64,000 bases of DNA from Patescibacteria group bacterium (GTDB lineage Bacteria > Patescibacteriota > Patescibacteriia > Patescibacteriales > JAQVLT01). The notes under the pieces were generated by a model. The model was given only the letters and a program-made list of their open reading frames with translations, had not been told where the DNA came from and did not search any database. This document shows positions 60,323 through 64,000 of the stretch, piece after piece. The stretch is from the NCBI GenBank assembly GCA_028704015.1, contig JAQVLT010000004.1:6052-70051 (forward strand). Reading direction: 5' to 3'. The position numbers were made by a program, and so were the translations under genes. The first letter of the stretch is position 1; every line of letters starts with the position of its first letter.

Positions 60323-61586
60323 AAATATTTTTTAAATTTTCTTCAATTTCCATCAAGCGATTATATTTTGCCAATCTCTCGCCACGCGATAATGATCCGG
60401 CTTTTATATAATCCGCGCCCACCGCCACCGCCAGATCAGCGATAAAATCATCGCAAGTTTCGCCGCTCCGATGTGAAATCATAATTTTATAATTATGCTT
60501 CTGCGCCAATTTTATGCATTCAATTGTTTCGGTTAAAGTTCCAATTTGATTAGGTTTGATTAAAATTGAATTGGCGACTTTTTCTTTTAACCCTTGGCGA
60601 AAACGTTCGGTGTTGGTGGTAAACAAATCGTCGCCGATGAGCATAATTTCTTTGCCCAATTCGCGAGTTAATTCTTTCCAGCCATCCCAATCATCTTCCG
60701 CCACACCATCCTCAATAGAGATTATCGGAAATTTTCTCAACCATTCATTATACAAACCAACCAAAGTATTGGCGGTAAAATTTGCTTGATCCAATTTAAA
60801 AATATATTTTTTGGTTTCCGGATTATAAAGAGTTGAAGAGCCAACATCAATGCCAATGCCCAAATCTTTTCCCGGATTGTAGCCGGCGTTTAAAATCGCC
60901 GCCATGATAAATTCCAGCGCTTGAATACTTGAAGACAAATCAGGCGCGTAGCCGCCTTCGTTGCCGACATCCGTGTCAAATCCGCCGCGCTTCAAAACCT
61001 TTCCTAATTCATGAAAAATTTCCGAACCCATTCTCACCTTCTCGGAAAAACTGATATTTTTTGTGGGAATAATTAGAAATTCCTGAAAATCAAGATTGGT
61101 ATCAGCGTGTTTCCCGCCGTTAAAAATGTTAAAAGCAGGAATCGGTAATTTAAAACTTTCAGTTGAAAAATGAAAGTTTTTAGCGATATATTTATATAAT
61201 TCAAGATTGATAGCTATAGCGCCGGCTCGAGCACAAGCTAATGAAACCGAAAGAATCGCGTTGGCGCCTAAATTTCTTTTATTTTTAGAGCCGTCATAAT
61301 CAATCATTGCTCGATCAATTTTTTCTTGTTCATTAATATCAAAATTTATCAATTTTTTAGCGATAATTTCATTGACATTTTTTATCGCTTTAAACACGCC
61401 CATTCCGCCATAACGACCCAAGTCACCATCCCGAAGCTCCAAAGCTTCATACGAGCCCGTAGAGGCCCCGGAGGGCACACTGGCTTTAGCAACCATACCA
61501 TTATCCAGCTCTATTTTTGTTTCAATTGTCGGATTACCGCGCGAATCAAGAATTTCCCGCGCCGTTATATTTTTAATTTTTGGCAT
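60312..61586 (-). CDS. eno: Enolase
   Basis: DSRGNPT, PSGASTG, GDDLF, SHRSGET. Confidence 0.96.
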   Translation of the reverse strand: MPKIKNITAREILDSRGNPTIETKIELDNGMVAKASVPSGASTGSYEALELRDGDLGRYGGMGVFKAIKNVNEIIAKKLINFDINEQEKIDRAMIDYDGSKNKRNLGANAILSVSLACARAGAIAINLELYKYIAKNFHFSTESFKLPIPAFNIFNGGKHADTNLDFQEFLIIPTKNISFSEKVRMGSEIFHELGKVLKRGGFDTDVGNEGGYAPDLSSSIQALEFIMAAILNAGYNPGKDLGIGIDVGSSTLYNPETKKYIFKLDQANFTANTLVGLYNEWLRKFPIISIEDGVAEDDWDGWKELTRELGKEIMLIGDDLFTTNTERFRQGLKEKVANSILIKPNQIGTLTETIECIKLAQKHNYKIMISHRSGETCDDFIADLAVAVGADYIKAGSLSRGERLAKYNRLMEIEENLKNIYEK

Positions 61587-61665
61587 ACTTTATTATTGTT
61601 ATATAAAAATTTAAACGGACAAAATTCTGACAAACTTTCAACTTTATGAACTTTATAACTTTTAA

Positions 61666-62427
61666 CTACAATATTTCATATTCTACAATCGCATTGATTA
61701 TTATCTCGGTGCTTCCGGCTTCAACTTGCGGCGCTGGCACTGCAACAGAACTCATTGCTTTTTCCGCCCCCATTCCATAATCGCGATAAATTGACGATGG
61801 TTCATTTATTGACTCGCTAAAACTGATAATTTTCCCCAATTTTACTCCGGCAATCTTTGCCAGTGCTTCCGCTTTTTCTTTAGCCGCTTTAATTGCCAAT
61901 TCCCGCGCTTGTTGTTTTAAATTTTCCGGATTATCAATTTCAAAAGCCAAACTGCCAACTTGATTTAAATCCAGTTGTCCGGCCGAATCTAAAATACTGC
62001 TAACCTTATCTATCTCGCGAACTTTTATACTGACGTTCTGGCTTACTTGATAACCGCGTAAAGTTTGCCTATTATTGCTCCAGTCATATTGCGGATATAT
62101 ATTATAATTAGTGGTTTGAATATCTTTTGCATCAATTTTAAAATCTTTTTTTAGTTTATCAATCAACGCGTTCATTTTGTCGGTATTATCTTTCTGCGCT
62201 TCGGCAACAGTTTTCTTTTCTATATTATATCCTAATTGAATTTTCGCTATATCAGGCACGCCCACTACCTTGCCTTCACCGGTAATTGTAATTGAATGTC
62301 TCTGCTCGGCTGAAATGCCAATATAGTCATAAGTTTTCATAGCGTTTCTGCTCAAGACGCCCAAATAAATCACGCCGGCAACCGCTAAAATGCCGAGTAA
62401 AATTGAGATGATTTTGTGTTGTTGCAT
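61666..62427 (-). CDS. SIMPL/DUF541 protein
   Basis: ITGEGKV..PD, IQTTNY.I.PQY, A..KAEALA. Confidence 0.88.
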   Translation of the reverse strand: MQQHKIISILLGILAVAGVIYLGVLSRNAMKTYDYIGISAEQRHSITITGEGKVVGVPDIAKIQLGYNIEKKTVAEAQKDNTDKMNALIDKLKKDFKIDAKDIQTTNYNIYPQYDWSNNRQTLRGYQVSQNVSIKVREIDKVSSILDSAGQLDLNQVGSLAFEIDNPENLKQQARELAIKAAKEKAEALAKIAGVKLGKIISFSESINEPSSIYRDYGMGAEKAMSSVAVPAPQVEAGSTEIIINAIVEYEIL

Positions 62428-62479
62428 AGTTTTAAAAAATTAAATAAATTATAAATTTAAAATATATTTCTAAGACAAA

Positions 62480-63682
62480 TTATTTTACTATGTCTTCCAA
62501 CCCCGGCATTTTTTCGCCGCCCAAATATGCAAGCATTGCTCCGCCGGCAGTTGAAACCCAGTCAATTTCATCTTCCGCTTTGGCTAATTTCAAAGATTCA
62601 ATTGTTTCTCCTCCGCCAACTACGCCATAAGCTTTTCCGCGAGAACGACTGGAAACATAATTCGCAATCGCGATCGTTCCATGTTTAAAATGTATATTTT
62701 CAAACATTCCCATTGGCCCATTCCAGATTATTGTTTGCGCCTTTTTTATAAAATGCGAAAATAATCTGATTGTTTCCGGTCCGATATCTAAAATTATATC
62801 ATTTTTTTCAATATCGTTTATTTTTTTAACTTTTACTATTTTACCTTGAAAATCTTGGCTAATTACCGCATCAACCGGTAAAATTATATTTTTATAGCTT
62901 AATTTTTTCGCAATATCAATACTTTCTTTGTCGGCCATGGATTTTCCAACCTGGAATCCGCGAGCGGCGAGAAAATTATTTGCCATAACCCCGCCGATCA
63001 ACAGACGAAATGATTTTTTGCCAAGATTTTTAATCAATGGCAATTTGGTGGCGATTTTCGCTCCGCCCAATATTGTAATTAACGGCTGTTTCGGATACAA
63101 AACCTTGTCTAAGCTATTTACTTCTTTTTCTAACAATAAACCAGCGTAAGCGGGCAAATATTTTTTTATTGCGCTTAAAGAAGCGTGATTTCTGTGACTG
63201 ACTGCAAAGGCATCATTAACGTAAACATCCGCGAGACGAGCTAACTCGCGAGCAAATTGCGGATTGTTTTCTTCTTCGCCGCTATGCCGACGCACATCTT
63301 CTAGCATTAATATTTCTCCGGGTTTTAATCTGCGAGCTTCTCCTTGCGCCTTCTCTCCGATACAATCGTTGATATATTTAACTTCGCGATTTAACAATTT
63401 GCTCAGTCTTTGGGCGATTATTTTAGTGGAGCTCTTTTCTCTTTTTTTCATTTTTCGCTTATCTTTTTTCGTATCAGAAAGATGGGTCAAAATTACAACT
63501 TTACATTTATAACGCAAAAGATAACGAATAGTCGGCAATGAAGAAATTATTTTATAATCATCTTGAATTTTTCCCCCGCTTACCGGAACATTAAAATCTG
63601 ACCGCAGTAATACGGTTTTTTTACTAATATTTTTAGCTTTATTCAACGCTCTAATTTTATTATTACCTTCTGCTATTAGCAT
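62480..63682 (-). CDS. pgk: Phosphoglycerate kinase (divergent)
   Basis: DFNVP, DAFAVSHR, GGAK, DIGP, WNGPMG, STAGGA. Confidence 0.9.
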   Translation of the reverse strand: MLIAEGNNKIRALNKAKNISKKTVLLRSDFNVPVSGGKIQDDYKIISSLPTIRYLLRYKCKVVILTHLSDTKKDKRKMKKREKSSTKIIAQRLSKLLNREVKYINDCIGEKAQGEARRLKPGEILMLEDVRRHSGEEENNPQFARELARLADVYVNDAFAVSHRNHASLSAIKKYLPAYAGLLLEKEVNSLDKVLYPKQPLITILGGAKIATKLPLIKNLGKKSFRLLIGGVMANNFLAARGFQVGKSMADKESIDIAKKLSYKNIILPVDAVISQDFQGKIVKVKKINDIEKNDIILDIGPETIRLFSHFIKKAQTIIWNGPMGMFENIHFKHGTIAIANYVSSRSRGKAYGVVGGGETIESLKLAKAEDEIDWVSTAGGAMLAYLGGEKMPGLEDIVK

Positions 63683-63712
63683 GGCATTATTATAACATTT
63701 TTTTTGAATAAA

Positions 63713-63748
63713 AAAAAGAATAATCCGACTTCTCGGATTATTCTTTTT
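63713..63748. terminator. Intrinsic terminator
   Basis: AAAAAGAATAATCCGA-CTTC-TCGGATTATTCTTTTT. Confidence 0.7.
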
Positions 63749-63762
63749 ATTTTAACTCCATT

Positions 63763-64000
63763 TTAATTGGAAATTTTGCCTAATTCTATTGCTGCCTCCT
63801 GGCTCTTGCCTTCTCTGGAAAATATCAAATTAATCTTATCGCCGGCTAAATAATTCTGCATTAAATCAAATAGTCTGACATCTTTGTTCATTTCAACATT
63901 GTCAAAAGAAATGATTATATCACCTTCTTTTAAACCGGCCTTATCGGCGGAACTATTTTTTACTACGCTGGCGCCAGAAGAATTCTTATAAATCAAAATT
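63763..64000 (-). CDS. C-terminal PDZ domain (HtrA/DegP-like protease), partial
   Basis: S.ADKAGLKEGDII PDZ motif; gene begins beyond the window end. Confidence 0.7.
   Translation of the reverse strand, partial: ILIYKNSSGASVVKNSSADKAGLKEGDIIISFDNVEMNKDVRLFDLMQNYLAGDKINLIFSREGKSQEAAIELGKISN

Overview
AT-rich bacterial chromosome segment. Gene content and the SD-less, A/T-rich starts of housekeeping genes suggest a Patescibacteria/CPR organism (Parcubacteria-like); this is an inference. It holds an isc Fe-S cluster (iscR-like, iscU, nifU-C, iscS), GT-C and cell-envelope genes, tRNA-Pro(CGG), rlmN, clpB with a perfect CIRCE, AmmeMemoRadiSam components, gltX, serS, lysS, greA, a polysaccharide cluster, rpmE-prfA-prmC, rplY, rodA, gyrB and lower glycolysis (pgk, eno, two gpmI). 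Gene orientation converges at about 33-34.5 kb, next to a Xer recombinase and a dif-like site, which probably marks the replication terminus. No CRISPR array, prophage, transposase or rRNA was seen. The least explained signals are non-genic. (1) A family of tiny GC hairpins (CCYGCC-loop-GGCRGR) appears to replace existing DNA, including the anticodon arm of a duplicated tRNA, and sits in frame in unrelated proteins. (2) Zero-loop palindromes, REP/REPIN-like elements and heptamer repeats also invade coding sequence. (3) Orphan mini-cassettes carry strong Shine-Dalgarno sites in a genome whose core genes lack them. (4) Several intact ORFs lack catalytic motifs (UppS-like, kinase-like, HD, PGK, one GpmI).
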